From a virus: a stretch of 64,000 nt of DNA. Both the position numbers and the translations under genes were made by a program. Below, piece by piece: positions 1 to 8,867 of this stretch (positions within the stretch are counted from its first letter, which is position 1; each line of letters starts with the position of its first letter). Location of the stretch: IMG/VR virus record IMGVR_UViG_3300010401_000033, positions 1 to 64,000 of that record; one strand, 5' to 3'. The notes beneath the pieces were generated by a model that was not told where the DNA came from, did not search any database, and saw only the letters and a program-made list of their open reading frames with translations.

Positions 1-482
1 AGTTCGCGGGGGCATCCTTCTGCCAACATCGTATGATAGGCTTTGAATGCAATGGTATTCGTGGCTCGCATGAGCGCCCTCATTGATTCAGCCTGTGGAT
101 TCACTTCATCCGTTCGCATTTGTTTGTTGGAGGTGGACTGTGTGGTGATCTGGTCAGCCTCCGGCACATAAAATTCTTCTGGTAACTCAGTGTAGCGAGC
201 AGACATTTCATTGTATGCCCAAGTGCGGTGACGGTGCCACTGCCTAAACACAAAGATAGGAGCCTTGACATCAAACGTAAACGTCACGGCTTCAAGCGGA
301 GTCGTGTGACGGTTCTTTATGAGGTATTGAATCAACTTAACGTCTTTTCCGGCATCCTCACCTGTGCGCCACACCGCATTATAACTCACCCGCGCCGAGC
401 GAACAATTGAAAGGTCCGACCCCATATGGTCAACCAGTCTCACGTGCCCATAATCCAATACCTTAATCTCTGTCTCACTCAT
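1..482 (-). CDS. thyX: Flavin-dependent thymidylate synthase ThyX, 3' end outside window
   Basis: Missing from the ORF track. Manual translation from ATG at 482: MSETEIKVLDYGHVRLVDHMGSDLSIVRSARVSY...HTTPLE...RQWHRHRTWAYNEMSARY, containing the ThyX RHR-x7-S-x-R signature. ATGA overlap with the primase stop. Confidence 0.93.
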   Translation of the reverse strand, partial: MSETEIKVLDYGHVRLVDHMGSDLSIVRSARVSYNAVWRTGEDAGKDVKLIQYLIKNRHTTPLEAVTFTFDVKAPIFVFRQWHRHRTWAYNEMSARYTELPEEFYVPEADQITTQSTSNKQMRTDEVNPQAESMRALMRATNTIAFKAYHTMLAEGCPRE

Positions 483-1546
483 ATTCTAACTCCTCGTTGG
501 TGTGAAGTTTTCTTCCATTGCGTAAAATGGGTTAACGCTGTCAACCCGCTGTAACTATGATCCTGAATCACTACACTGACAAAACGACCTGCTTGCACCA
601 TCGCATTGATATCTTTTTCCTTCACCCACTCTGGCCAGACCACAATCGTCATACCCATCTTAATCGCTTTCTCCATCTGCCGACAAATCTCAGGACTCCT
701 GGGTTCATTGTCAAACACCAAGACAATCTGAGTTGCAGAGAGTTGTTGGGCGGTGAGAATGAGGTTGGCATCCCCTGAGGCGACGGCATTCCGAAGAAAT
801 AAACTATCCAGTGGCCCTTCTGTTATGTAGACAACTTGGGATTGGTCTACTCTATCTAGTCCAAAAACCAACTTATTATCGGATGGGACCACCTTGATGG
901 TGATATACCTCTGAGGAGAGTCATCCAAAGCACGTCCAGAAACGGCGAAAAGGGCCCCAAAAGGGTCGTAGAAGGGGATCACTAGTCTTGGTTCGTCTTT
1001 GATCTTTTTGCCATGCTCCGGGGCGATTTCAAGGAGGAATGCCGCATAGTTTTGGACGAAGTAAAGATGCCCCCAAAATTGCTCAGGAATCAACCGATCC
1101 TTGACATATTGCTTACAGTAATGGCTGTCCGGTAGGTCAGAGATTTTCTCGGCGTGTTGGAAGATGGTTTGCTCAACCTTACCGAAGCGTACAGTTTCGG
1201 TAACTGTGATGGCTTTCTCAAAGAACCCTGGGGTGTGTAGGAGCCTGTGCATCCGAGTTGCGGTAGGATTGTTCTCTTTGAAAGTTTCGAGGAGGTATTC
1301 TCTGTAAATATCTGGTGCGATGTTTTTTATGAGCGCACCAAGCCACAGACTTTGGTTACATTTGTGGCATTTGTAAGCGAGTCTCTGGGCTTTGCGGTAG
1401 ATATACCCGCGCTTTTTCTTTTGGTTGGTATCCGAGTCGCCGCAGAGAGGACAGCGCATATTGAACAAATAATCGTTTTTGCGAGTAAATTGTTCAACGC
1501 GGCAGGCGATGAGGTTTGTGTACTTGAGATCAATGTGTAAAGGCAT
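479..1546 (-). CDS. gp61: DNA primase (T4 gp61-like)
   Basis: Zn finger CPLCGDS...CHKC; TOPRIM motifs YITEGPLDSLF, VFDNEPRS and KDIN. Start moved to 1546 because ATG 1558 overlaps the -10 box. Confidence 0.95.
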   Translation of the reverse strand: MPLHIDLKYTNLIACRVEQFTRKNDYLFNMRCPLCGDSDTNQKKKRGYIYRKAQRLAYKCHKCNQSLWLGALIKNIAPDIYREYLLETFKENNPTATRMHRLLHTPGFFEKAITVTETVRFGKVEQTIFQHAEKISDLPDSHYCKQYVKDRLIPEQFWGHLYFVQNYAAFLLEIAPEHGKKIKDEPRLVIPFYDPFGALFAVSGRALDDSPQRYITIKVVPSDNKLVFGLDRVDQSQVVYITEGPLDSLFLRNAVASGDANLILTAQQLSATQIVLVFDNEPRSPEICRQMEKAIKMGMTIVVWPEWVKEKDINAMVQAGRFVSVVIQDHSYSGLTALTHFTQWKKTSHQRGVRI

Positions 1547-1556
1547 AGTGAATGCC

Positions 1557-1585
1557 ATTATACATCAATCTCAGGGAGAAAGCAA
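1557..1585 (-). promoter_or_regulatory. Sigma70-type promoter for primase
   Basis: TTGCTT-17nt-TATAAT on the minus strand. Confidence 0.65.
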
Positions 1586-1592
1586 GCAGAAT

Positions 1593-2000
1593 TTATGAGC
1601 CGAAGAGTTGCATAACTACCGTCCACTTGAGGTGTGCCAATATCCAACCAATCACAACGGCACCCCCGATAATCATGTACTTCCACTTCTTAAGATTTTC
1701 CAGTAATTTCTTGGCTTCTTCGTCAGTGTTGCCAGTCGTGGTTGTTGTGACGGTTTGTGTGTGAGAGGTCGTGTCTATTCGGCGTTGGAGTTCCTTAATG
1801 TCGTCCTCGGCATTTTCATGTTTGAGTTCATGGAGCGCAATCATTTTCACCAGGTTAGAATTCATGGCTTCAATCTTCTCAACCGCTTCGGCGAGTTTAT
1901 CACTGATCTTGACTTGATTCGCCAAGTCGTGCTTAATGATGCCCACCGCAAGGCGTACCTCGGCGAAATCGTCCTGGCATTCCTGAGTTGTTTCAGCCAT
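1593..2000 (-). CDS. Coiled-coil protein with C-terminal membrane anchor (possible lysis accessory)
   Basis: Heptad-rich helix followed by hydrophobic KWKYMIIGGAVVIGWIL; adjacent to holin-like gene. Confidence 0.6.
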   Translation of the reverse strand: MAETTQECQDDFAEVRLAVGIIKHDLANQVKISDKLAEAVEKIEAMNSNLVKMIALHELKHENAEDDIKELQRRIDTTSHTQTVTTTTTGNTDEEAKKLLENLKKWKYMIIGGAVVIGWILAHLKWTVVMQLFGS

Positions 2001-2008
2001 GATTACCC

Positions 2009-2548
2009 TTAGTTTTTGTTATTGAGCACAGAAGAAATCTGATCTGTCTTTTTTGCGGAACCCACCGATGATCCGAAGTAGTATCCGAGCACAAGACCAA
2101 CGGCAGCGTCAAGCGTACCCAATGAACGCATAGCGATATTGATAGAACCTTCTGGAATCACAAACCCCAGCACATAGGCTTGTACCCCGATATATAGTCC
2201 CACGATCAAAAATGCGAGGATACGAGGAGTCCAGTCACCTGTTGCGACTTCTCGGGCCCGAGCATCCTTTGTATTATCAACTTGCAGACGTTCCATATCC
2301 ACATCAAGAGTTTTCAAATCAAGAATCATCTTGGATTCAATTTCCTTAATTCGGATGAGTTGCTCAGGTGTCGCACCGGCAACGGCTTTCATAATATCGT
2401 CTTTGGACGCATCGGGTGCCAATCCCAATCCGTTAATCAATGCGGTGGTTGCCATACCAGCCAACGGTCCTCCAAGGACAGACGCCACAGTTGGAGCAAG
2501 AGTGGTGAGGATACCACCAGCGGTCTTAAAGAAATCTTCCATTCCCAT
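2009..2548 (-). CDS. Holin-like membrane protein (3TM holin type)
   Basis: APTVASVLGGPLAG N-terminus, DARARE, two hydrophobic helices, and C-terminal YYFGSS typical of this family. Confidence 0.7.
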   Translation of the reverse strand: MGMEDFFKTAGGILTTLAPTVASVLGGPLAGMATTALINGLGLAPDASKDDIMKAVAGATPEQLIRIKEIESKMILDLKTLDVDMERLQVDNTKDARAREVATGDWTPRILAFLIVGLYIGVQAYVLGFVIPEGSINIAMRSLGTLDAAVGLVLGYYFGSSVGSAKKTDQISSVLNNKN

Positions 2549-2555
2549 ATGTCAC

Positions 2556-3212
2556 CTATTTCTTTCCATTAACTTGTGCAATGAGTTTCTGCCTTGCTTC
2601 TTCTTCATGAGGGGTGAACGACCTCTTAGACGATGCCAATTGGCGTCGGAACATACTAAAAAGTTTCGGATTCTTTTTACGCGTGACTCCTGGTTCACCT
2701 TGGGGTCCGATCCCGATACCTGCCACAGCGCCTCCACCTACACCCATTTCCTCTGCCATATTGATTGGTCCAGATGGTCGTGTGGTATCAGGGGCCACGG
2801 CACCCTGGGAGTCTCCCAGTGATCCTGGCTCTGCTGGCTCTGCCACCGCTAATCCAAACATATCTGGATGGAGTTTATTATAATCACGCATGAGCATTCC
2901 GGCCACGGCATTGGCTTCGTATTCCAATTGCTCAAGGGTCATGTTGTTTTCGCCTTCGGAGAGTTGCTTGTGATGCACCAGTTCATGCCCAAAGGTACGC
3001 AGGATATCTGAGATATGGCGTCCCGCTGTTGCAACGATGATAGATTCATCGGAAGGTTGATAGGAGCCAAATGACGTACCACCAGTATGATCCACAAACG
3101 TCAATGATGGGTGCACGTCAATGTTCAAACGTTCACAGGCAAAATTATAGAAATTCATGAGCAATCGGTCATGATCTTCTGAATTTTCATTACACTCAAC
3201 AATCACTTGCAT
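2556..3212 (-). CDS. Zincin-like metallopeptidase-motif protein
   Basis: LRTFGHELVHHKQ (HExxH) with downstream EYEANA; start placed at MQVIVE just after the upstream stop. Confidence 0.6.
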   Translation of the reverse strand: MQVIVECNENSEDHDRLLMNFYNFACERLNIDVHPSLTFVDHTGGTSFGSYQPSDESIIVATAGRHISDILRTFGHELVHHKQLSEGENNMTLEQLEYEANAVAGMLMRDYNKLHPDMFGLAVAEPAEPGSLGDSQGAVAPDTTRPSGPINMAEEMGVGGGAVAGIGIGPQGEPGVTRKKNPKLFSMFRRQLASSKRSFTPHEEEARQKLIAQVNGKK

Positions 3213-3213
3213 G

Positions 3214-3522
3214 TTAGTGGTGTCCTTTAATCGCAACATCTTCCAGGCAATTGATCCGTGCTGAGAGGGCGGCATTCCACTTCTTCATGCCTTCAAGTTC
3301 ATCCTTGAGAGCATAGATTTCTGAGTGAGCCACACCCAATTGCACGGCATACCCCTTGATCTGCTCATCGCGGCTTAGTTTTGCTGTGTCAAGGTTCCCT
3401 GTAAAATCGTTCCACAACCCAACTAATAAGAGAGCCAAGACCACATATTCTATCACACGATAGACTGTACTCTTGGCGAGATTGGGATTTAATTTCTCTA
3501 ACAACGCTAGGATGGCGTTCAT
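3214..3522 (-). CDS. Hypothetical membrane/coiled-coil protein
   Basis: One hydrophobic helix then coiled coil; overlaps neighbour by ATGA. Confidence 0.55.
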   Translation of the reverse strand: MNAILALLEKLNPNLAKSTVYRVIEYVVLALLLVGLWNDFTGNLDTAKLSRDEQIKGYAVQLGVAHSEIYALKDELEGMKKWNAALSARINCLEDVAIKGHH

Positions 3523-3917
3523 ACTTTAATCTTTCTGAGCACCTCCACGATGGTTTGATCCACCTGTAGGTTTGTGGAGCGAATTGTTTTACCACGAATT
3601 CCTGTTACAACTTCTGGCATGTAATTCAGAAACACCAAGAAGGTTTTAAGAATTGCATGATCTTCTGTACGCACATGATAGAACAGGAGCCGAGTGGCTG
3701 CGGGTACTCCAAAGATGTTGTAGAGAATAACGATATGATTCAGAATCAATCGTTCTCTCAGTTCTCCGTACTGGTGATAGCGTCTGAACAGGCGACGAAC
3801 GTAACTCAAATGTTTCAAATCTTCTTTGAGTTCGCTCTTAATGTACGTCGGCTTATCATACGATTTGATCGCGTAGATCATCACCGAATCAGGATTCAAG
3901 TCTATCATCATATCCAT
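3519..3917 (-). CDS. Conserved T4-like phage hypothetical protein
   Basis: YAIKSYD...RERLILNHIVILYNIFG...LKTFLVFLNY pattern, recalled from T4-like cyanophage-type genomes. Confidence 0.7.
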   Translation of the reverse strand: MDMMIDLNPDSVMIYAIKSYDKPTYIKSELKEDLKHLSYVRRLFRRYHQYGELRERLILNHIVILYNIFGVPAATRLLFYHVRTEDHAILKTFLVFLNYMPEVVTGIRGKTIRSTNLQVDQTIVEVLRKIKV

Positions 3918-3932
3918 AATAAAATAAATTCC

Positions 3933-4316
3933 TTATCCTCGTGCGCCTCTTGGTCCTGGGGCACTATCATATCCCTCACGGCCACGATCCATTCCCTTTG
4001 CAGACCCCTTTTTGTGCTCACGGTTGTAAGCATCATAATCTGCGGTACGACTATGGGCGTTCAAGTGGTGGGCTAACGCATTTTGGTGGGTGATATGAAT
4101 TTGTTTTGCGTGGTGCGAGGCATTAAACACGACCTTATGTTCAAACCCACCATTCTTTGGATTCAGATGAATCTCATGCCCAGTGTGGTGCTCATGAGTG
4201 TACACATGGTTGCCGTTGTGTTCGCCTGTTTTCTTCCAACCTTCGGCTCGCAAGACTTTATGCGGGGTGAGGTGTTTTTCTTCTGTAATGTTATTAAACA
4301 GCGTCAACATGCTCAT
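3933..4316 (-). CDS. His-rich hypothetical protein
   Basis: ORF in operon context; N-terminal ITEE motif; many His. Confidence 0.6.
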   Translation of the reverse strand: MSMLTLFNNITEEKHLTPHKVLRAEGWKKTGEHNGNHVYTHEHHTGHEIHLNPKNGGFEHKVVFNASHHAKQIHITHQNALAHHLNAHSRTADYDAYNREHKKGSAKGMDRGREGYDSAPGPRGARG

Positions 4317-4707
4317 CGAGAACCTCCTCTAACTCTTCTGTGGTGACTATCTCGGCAAGGATATCATAGGTGCCGTCGTCATTTTGTGAAAACACAAAAT
4401 ACAAAAATACTAAATCCGATTCATTGTCTGTGGCAACAAGAGGGAGAACCAACTCACCATCTGTTTCAAGGAATTCGTCGGCATGAGCATAGGCGGGAGG
4501 AAGTTGAATGCCCTGGGCTTCTAAGGCTTGTGAGACTTGTTCATATGCCATCACAGGGTGCATCAATTCTTGATCCGTGATCTCAGCCAGCACATCATTG
4601 ATCTCTATACGGTCACCGGCATCAGACAAGATAATGGAATTGGGGTCCCAGGTTGTGGCTGGAACCCCTTCCATACATTCTTGTATGTGCTTACGAAACC
4701 CGTTCAT
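4294..4707 (-). CDS. Acidic hypothetical protein
   Basis: ORF coupled to neighbours; C-terminal LYFVFSQNDDGTYDILAEIV. Confidence 0.6.
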   Translation of the reverse strand: MNGFRKHIQECMEGVPATTWDPNSIILSDAGDRIEINDVLAEITDQELMHPVMAYEQVSQALEAQGIQLPPAYAHADEFLETDGELVLPLVATDNESDLVFLYFVFSQNDDGTYDILAEIVTTEELEEVLDEHVDAV

Positions 4708-5513
4708 TATGCACCAACAGTGGCGTCATCAGTGTTCGCAACGTTATCGGATAACATGCTTCCTGCTGCAACCAATGTGATGTATTCCTTGCGGTTCGCA
4801 CGTCCACCCATCGTGGCAGCAAATGTGGCTTGTGAGTTACCGTTCGCCACAGTGACCGACACAGTAGACACGTAACTATCGCCTGGTGTTACGAGTGTGA
4901 CAGAAACAATTGAACCTGTGTTGCACGTAGCGAGCAACGAGGCGGTAGCAGTGTTTGAACCCAACGCTTGGACGGTTGGAACGGAATCATAGTTTGATCC
5001 GCCATTGTTGATAATCACACTGACGATGTTTCCTGCTGCATTGACGGTGTAGGACGCATTGGCAGCACTGTTGCCCGTTCCGCCACCCGTGATAGTCAAG
5101 AATCCGTTTGAATATCCTGCTCCTGGTGTAGAAATGGCAATGCTGTCAACCGACCCGTTGGCTTGGACGGCATAGGAGGCGTTGGCAGCATTGTTGCCCG
5201 TTCCGCCACCCGTGATAGTCAAGAATCCATTGGTGTAACCTTTGCCTGGTGCGGTGATGGCAATGGACGCCACTGGACCTGTGCCAACTTTACGAGCCAC
5301 CCAACCTGCGTGGGTCATCTTTGGACCCTCGCCTTGTGTATTGCTCTTTTCGCTGGCATCGACACCAAACACACCCAAGGCAACATTCGAGTGGAACGCG
5401 CCTGCGGTGACGTTATCGAAGAGGACGCTTCCGTTGGCAGATACCCCAAGTCCCTGGTAGGGAGCGAACTTCGGAGCCCCTGTGTTTGCATCAGTCATAT
5501 TCCATAATGGCAT
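4707..5513 (-). CDS. Virion structural protein with repeated beta-rich modules
   Basis: MPLW N-terminus, HAGWV motif, G/S/T/N-rich repeats (ITAPGKGYTNGFLTITGGG twice). Confidence 0.7.
   Translation of the reverse strand: MPLWNMTDANTGAPKFAPYQGLGVSANGSVLFDNVTAGAFHSNVALGVFGVDASEKSNTQGEGPKMTHAGWVARKVGTGPVASIAITAPGKGYTNGFLTITGGGTGNNAANASYAVQANGSVDSIAISTPGAGYSNGFLTITGGGTGNSAANASYTVNAAGNIVSVIINNGGSNYDSVPTVQALGSNTATASLLATCNTGSIVSVTLVTPGDSYVSTVSVTVANGNSQATFAATMGGRANRKEYITLVAAGSMLSDNVANTDDATVGA
5050..5232. repeat. Intragenic direct repeat, period 123 nt
   Basis: Identical 37-nt core tgttgcccgttccgccacccgtgatagtcaagaatcc at 5069-5105 and 5192-5228. Confidence 0.9.
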
Positions 5514-5531
5514 GTTACTTCTCCCTTTGTG

Positions 5532-6044
5532 TTAGTGATATCCCAGTTCCTTGAGTTTCAAAATCGTAACCTTCGCACTGACATGATGTATACCAATCCC
5601 ACCGGCGCTCTCAAATTCCTTAATGTTCCCTGGATGATCGTCAATGAGAATGTTCCGCACATCTCCGTTTCGTGCGAAGTGTTTCTTTTCTTCCCGCTTC
5701 ACAATATGGATTCTATTCGTGGGGAGGGACGGTATGTTGCGATGATACCATTCCAGTTTACCCTCACGCACTGCCTTACTGTCATGTTCCCAACTTGGGA
5801 CCGCAGTGAGGATATGAGGAGAAAACTTCTCAATGAAATGCCAATAGGTTTTCCAATCAGGCATTCCAGGGAGATTTTCCCAAAATTCTTCGCTACTCTC
5901 AATTCGGGCGCCATGACTCAGTGAGGTAGGGCTCAAATCGTGCTTGGTGCCCCAGGGGTGTCCTAAAACCTTCTCTGCGCCTCCATAGAAGTCGCAAATC
6001 ACCCCATCGCTGTCACTGTAAAGTATGGCTCTCGGGTCTCTCAT
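5532..6044 (-). CDS. HAD-family 5'(3')-deoxyribonucleotidase-like protein
   Basis: DSDGVICDF (DxDGV), ILTA, ILIDD motifs. Confidence 0.85.
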   Translation of the reverse strand: MRDPRAILYSDSDGVICDFYGGAEKVLGHPWGTKHDLSPTSLSHGARIESSEEFWENLPGMPDWKTYWHFIEKFSPHILTAVPSWEHDSKAVREGKLEWYHRNIPSLPTNRIHIVKREEKKHFARNGDVRNILIDDHPGNIKEFESAGGIGIHHVSAKVTILKLKELGYH

Positions 6045-6048
6045 GGTC

Positions 6049-6056
6049 TATTTATG
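6049..6056 (-). promoter_or_regulatory. T4-type late promoter
   Basis: CATAAATA 4 nt upstream of ATG 6044. Confidence 0.5.
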
Positions 6057-6067
6057 ATATCGCTAAC

Positions 6068-7207
6068 TTAGCGAACCCCTTGGCTTCCGCTCGTAGTAGA
6101 CGCCGTATCAGGCATCGTCGTAAGTGGGGTCACGATGGGTTCTGGTTGAAACTTGTCCTCTACCCCAGGACCCTTGACTTCCATTTTCTTACTTTTACCG
6201 GATTTCTCAGGCTTCAAGGCATTACTCTTCTTTTGTGCTCCTGGTGCACCCCCATCTTGAGTGGTAGGCTCGCCTTTTTCAGGAACCTCTTGGTTGGGCT
6301 CTTTCGCCCCATCACCTGGAAGGTTGTCAACTTTCTTCTTATCCTTGGCGGCCGCAAACACTTCCTGTACTGTTTGTCGGTTGATACCGGTAGGGAATGT
6401 AGAAAATGCTTCCCTCACAGGCGCACGATCCAATTGATCTGGATGGGCCCTCGCAGCACCCAGGTGGTAGCGATTCTTTCGTCCCTCTCCATGACGCTCA
6501 GGTTGGATGTTGACATGACCTGTTGGATGGACATGAATCACTTTATGGACTTCGCCCTTGTGGGGACCAATCTTTGGCACCACACGGTCTCCGACTTTAT
6601 AACCACCACTTTCATCGTATGCCATTTCGTATGTCTCCTTAATCCCCTTCGTGATCCCTTGCTTGGCTAATACTTCTCGGCGTTCCTTGTCGCGTCGGTC
6701 GAATGCTGCTTTAACCGAAAGTTCTGCGGAATAATCTTCCGGTGGTTTTGGGGTGGACAAACGCTCGGCACCCGACTTCTTCTCACGAGGGGTCAATTCC
6801 TCAGTGAGAGATGGGTGGCACATACCATCTGTGCGTTCTTCATCCCCGCAACGAATGCAACGAGGGTGCCCATTTGGGTGCGTCCAGTGCGCTTGCTTGA
6901 ATTCATGAACCTTCTGGTTCTCAGGTTTCTTGGCGTTCTCTTTGATTTGTGCAGATTCAGCATCAACAGACTTCTGCCGAGCCGGAGACAAATCCTCCGT
7001 TATCATGACAGTAATACCATCCAAGGCTGCATCAAGAGCCGCAGATTCTCGGTAGAGTTTCCAACTATGGTCCTTTGGATTACGCACCACAGGTTTCTTG
7101 ACTACTTTCTTCTTTGGTTCAACGCGAGGATCATCAAGGTGTGCGGGTAGCCTGCTTGACATAGCATCACCGTATGATCCCTCTTTGAGTTCCTTGAACT
7201 TCTTCAT
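6068..7207 (-). CDS. Modular hypothetical protein, probably head-internal
   Basis: Start MKKFKELKE; CxxC module; KOW/SH3-like YKVGDRV module; repeated (L/I)xE motifs. Confidence 0.65.
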   Translation of the reverse strand: MKKFKELKEGSYGDAMSSRLPAHLDDPRVEPKKKVVKKPVVRNPKDHSWKLYRESAALDAALDGITVMITEDLSPARQKSVDAESAQIKENAKKPENQKVHEFKQAHWTHPNGHPRCIRCGDEERTDGMCHPSLTEELTPREKKSGAERLSTPKPPEDYSAELSVKAAFDRRDKERREVLAKQGITKGIKETYEMAYDESGGYKVGDRVVPKIGPHKGEVHKVIHVHPTGHVNIQPERHGEGRKNRYHLGAARAHPDQLDRAPVREAFSTFPTGINRQTVQEVFAAAKDKKKVDNLPGDGAKEPNQEVPEKGEPTTQDGGAPGAQKKSNALKPEKSGKSKKMEVKGPGVEDKFQPEPIVTPLTTMPDTASTTSGSQGVR

Positions 7208-7211
7208 GATA

Positions 7212-8867
7212 CTAGTATTCCTTGTAGGACGTTCCGGCTGCCTTGTGAAAACGTTCATGGTCAAAACGGGGATTGTCCTTTGCAAAAATTGCCGCGTGAT
7301 GGGTGGCAAGTTCCTGACGCTTCTTTGCGTCTGGATTTGCACGAATAAGATCAGCCACTTGCTGGAAGTGTTTGCGGGTCATCATTTCCGCGAGGACTTG
7401 CTTAACAACTTTCTTCGTGCTCATACCTTCCTCCAAATCTCTTTTGACAAATTTTGACTTATCAACTGGGTTATGCGTTCCTTGTGGATCGCCATACTTC
7501 TTCAATGCCTTCTTGATTGAACGATGCTGCTGGGCTTGCACTACACTCTTAGGCTCGCCACCCTTCTTCTCATAGGAACGATGAAGCGTTGATAACTCAT
7601 GGTGCGTCATGTCGTGAACACGACCGACCACATCACGAAGTTTCACACCCAGGACATGCTTCTGGAGGAACGGAATCTTTGGAACTTTGAGTTCGGTGAT
7701 TATTTGGGTGGATTCACCAAAATGTCCCTGCCACTTTCCAGCAATCTTTTTTTCAGAATACTTCCACTGAGGCATGTGTGAGGGATGATTTGGGTCATTA
7801 TGCTTCTGAATCATGTGTTGCATGGCGCGGCGGGGGCCCTTAAATCCAAAGGAACCACTGTGACCACTACCAGTATGATGCCAGTAGTATTTGTGGGTCT
7901 CTTCTTTTTCTTCTGCCAATCGCTTCGCATTCTTCGTCGCTGTGGCATACATGACGCTCTTAGCATCCTTGCCATAGCGTTCTTTGAACCCCTGGATATT
8001 CTTTTTCATTTTATGCACCAATTCTTCCTTCTTGTTGTCCTCGGCAGGGGTTAGGGTACGCTCCTCCATGTAATGCTCATGTTTATGAATCTGTTCATCG
8101 GTCCATCCGATCTTTTTAAGGTGCTTACGAGCCTCATCCTTTGAAGGACCACCCATCATACCAACAGCGGCATCGTGCATTCGGAGTGTTTTCTTCGCAA
8201 TGACAGTCTGATGGTGAGCGAATGGGTCGTTATAATTTGGCTTCTTCATGGGTCCCTCGTTAATGATATGATGTTTCTTGGCAAATGCAAGAGTTGCGGC
8301 CCTACGACCTGCATACAAGGCATCATAGCGGTACTTCTCTCGCTCGGCTTTGTATTCTGGACTCCCCTTTGTAAGTTTTTCTTTGCGCTTCGGGTCCGTC
8401 ATACGGTCGGGGTAGGTCAATTCTTCTCCGAGTTTCGCACTCTCCTGCCCACCATGAATATCCTTAATGTGTTGATTAACACGGGCGACTTCTTCTGGCT
8501 TCAACGTCGGGTTGTTGTGCTGTGTATGTGTTGGGTTCACCACAATCGCATGGCGCATCGCAATCGTTTTCCCATCTCCCTGAAAGGCATGGGGCACTAC
8601 ATAGGTCTTGCCGTTAATCATGCCTGTGTAATGAAGGTCTGTCTTAGTGGCACGTTGAAATTTCTCGGCGGTCTCTTCGTGCAAGCGCACAGCCTTATGA
8701 GCAGGCACCTTAGCGGATACTACATCCCCATGATCCACCACATAGAATGGGGTGCCGTGGGGGTCGCCCTTATCATGGCGCACCACTTTCCCCGTAACCA
8801 TCTTACCGTTGTGGGGGAATTGGACCCTGGAACCCGTTGGATGAACCATGTCTTTAAGCGATTTCAT
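7212..8867 (-). CDS. Large His/Lys-rich modular protein, probably head-internal
   Basis: 551 aa; short modules separated by LHEE, LGEE, INE, LAEE, ITE and LEE. Confidence 0.7.
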   Translation of the reverse strand: MKSLKDMVHPTGSRVQFPHNGKMVTGKVVRHDKGDPHGTPFYVVDHGDVVSAKVPAHKAVRLHEETAEKFQRATKTDLHYTGMINGKTYVVPHAFQGDGKTIAMRHAIVVNPTHTQHNNPTLKPEEVARVNQHIKDIHGGQESAKLGEELTYPDRMTDPKRKEKLTKGSPEYKAEREKYRYDALYAGRRAATLAFAKKHHIINEGPMKKPNYNDPFAHHQTVIAKKTLRMHDAAVGMMGGPSKDEARKHLKKIGWTDEQIHKHEHYMEERTLTPAEDNKKEELVHKMKKNIQGFKERYGKDAKSVMYATATKNAKRLAEEKEETHKYYWHHTGSGHSGSFGFKGPRRAMQHMIQKHNDPNHPSHMPQWKYSEKKIAGKWQGHFGESTQIITELKVPKIPFLQKHVLGVKLRDVVGRVHDMTHHELSTLHRSYEKKGGEPKSVVQAQQHRSIKKALKKYGDPQGTHNPVDKSKFVKRDLEEGMSTKKVVKQVLAEMMTRKHFQQVADLIRANPDAKKRQELATHHAAIFAKDNPRFDHERFHKAAGTSYKEY

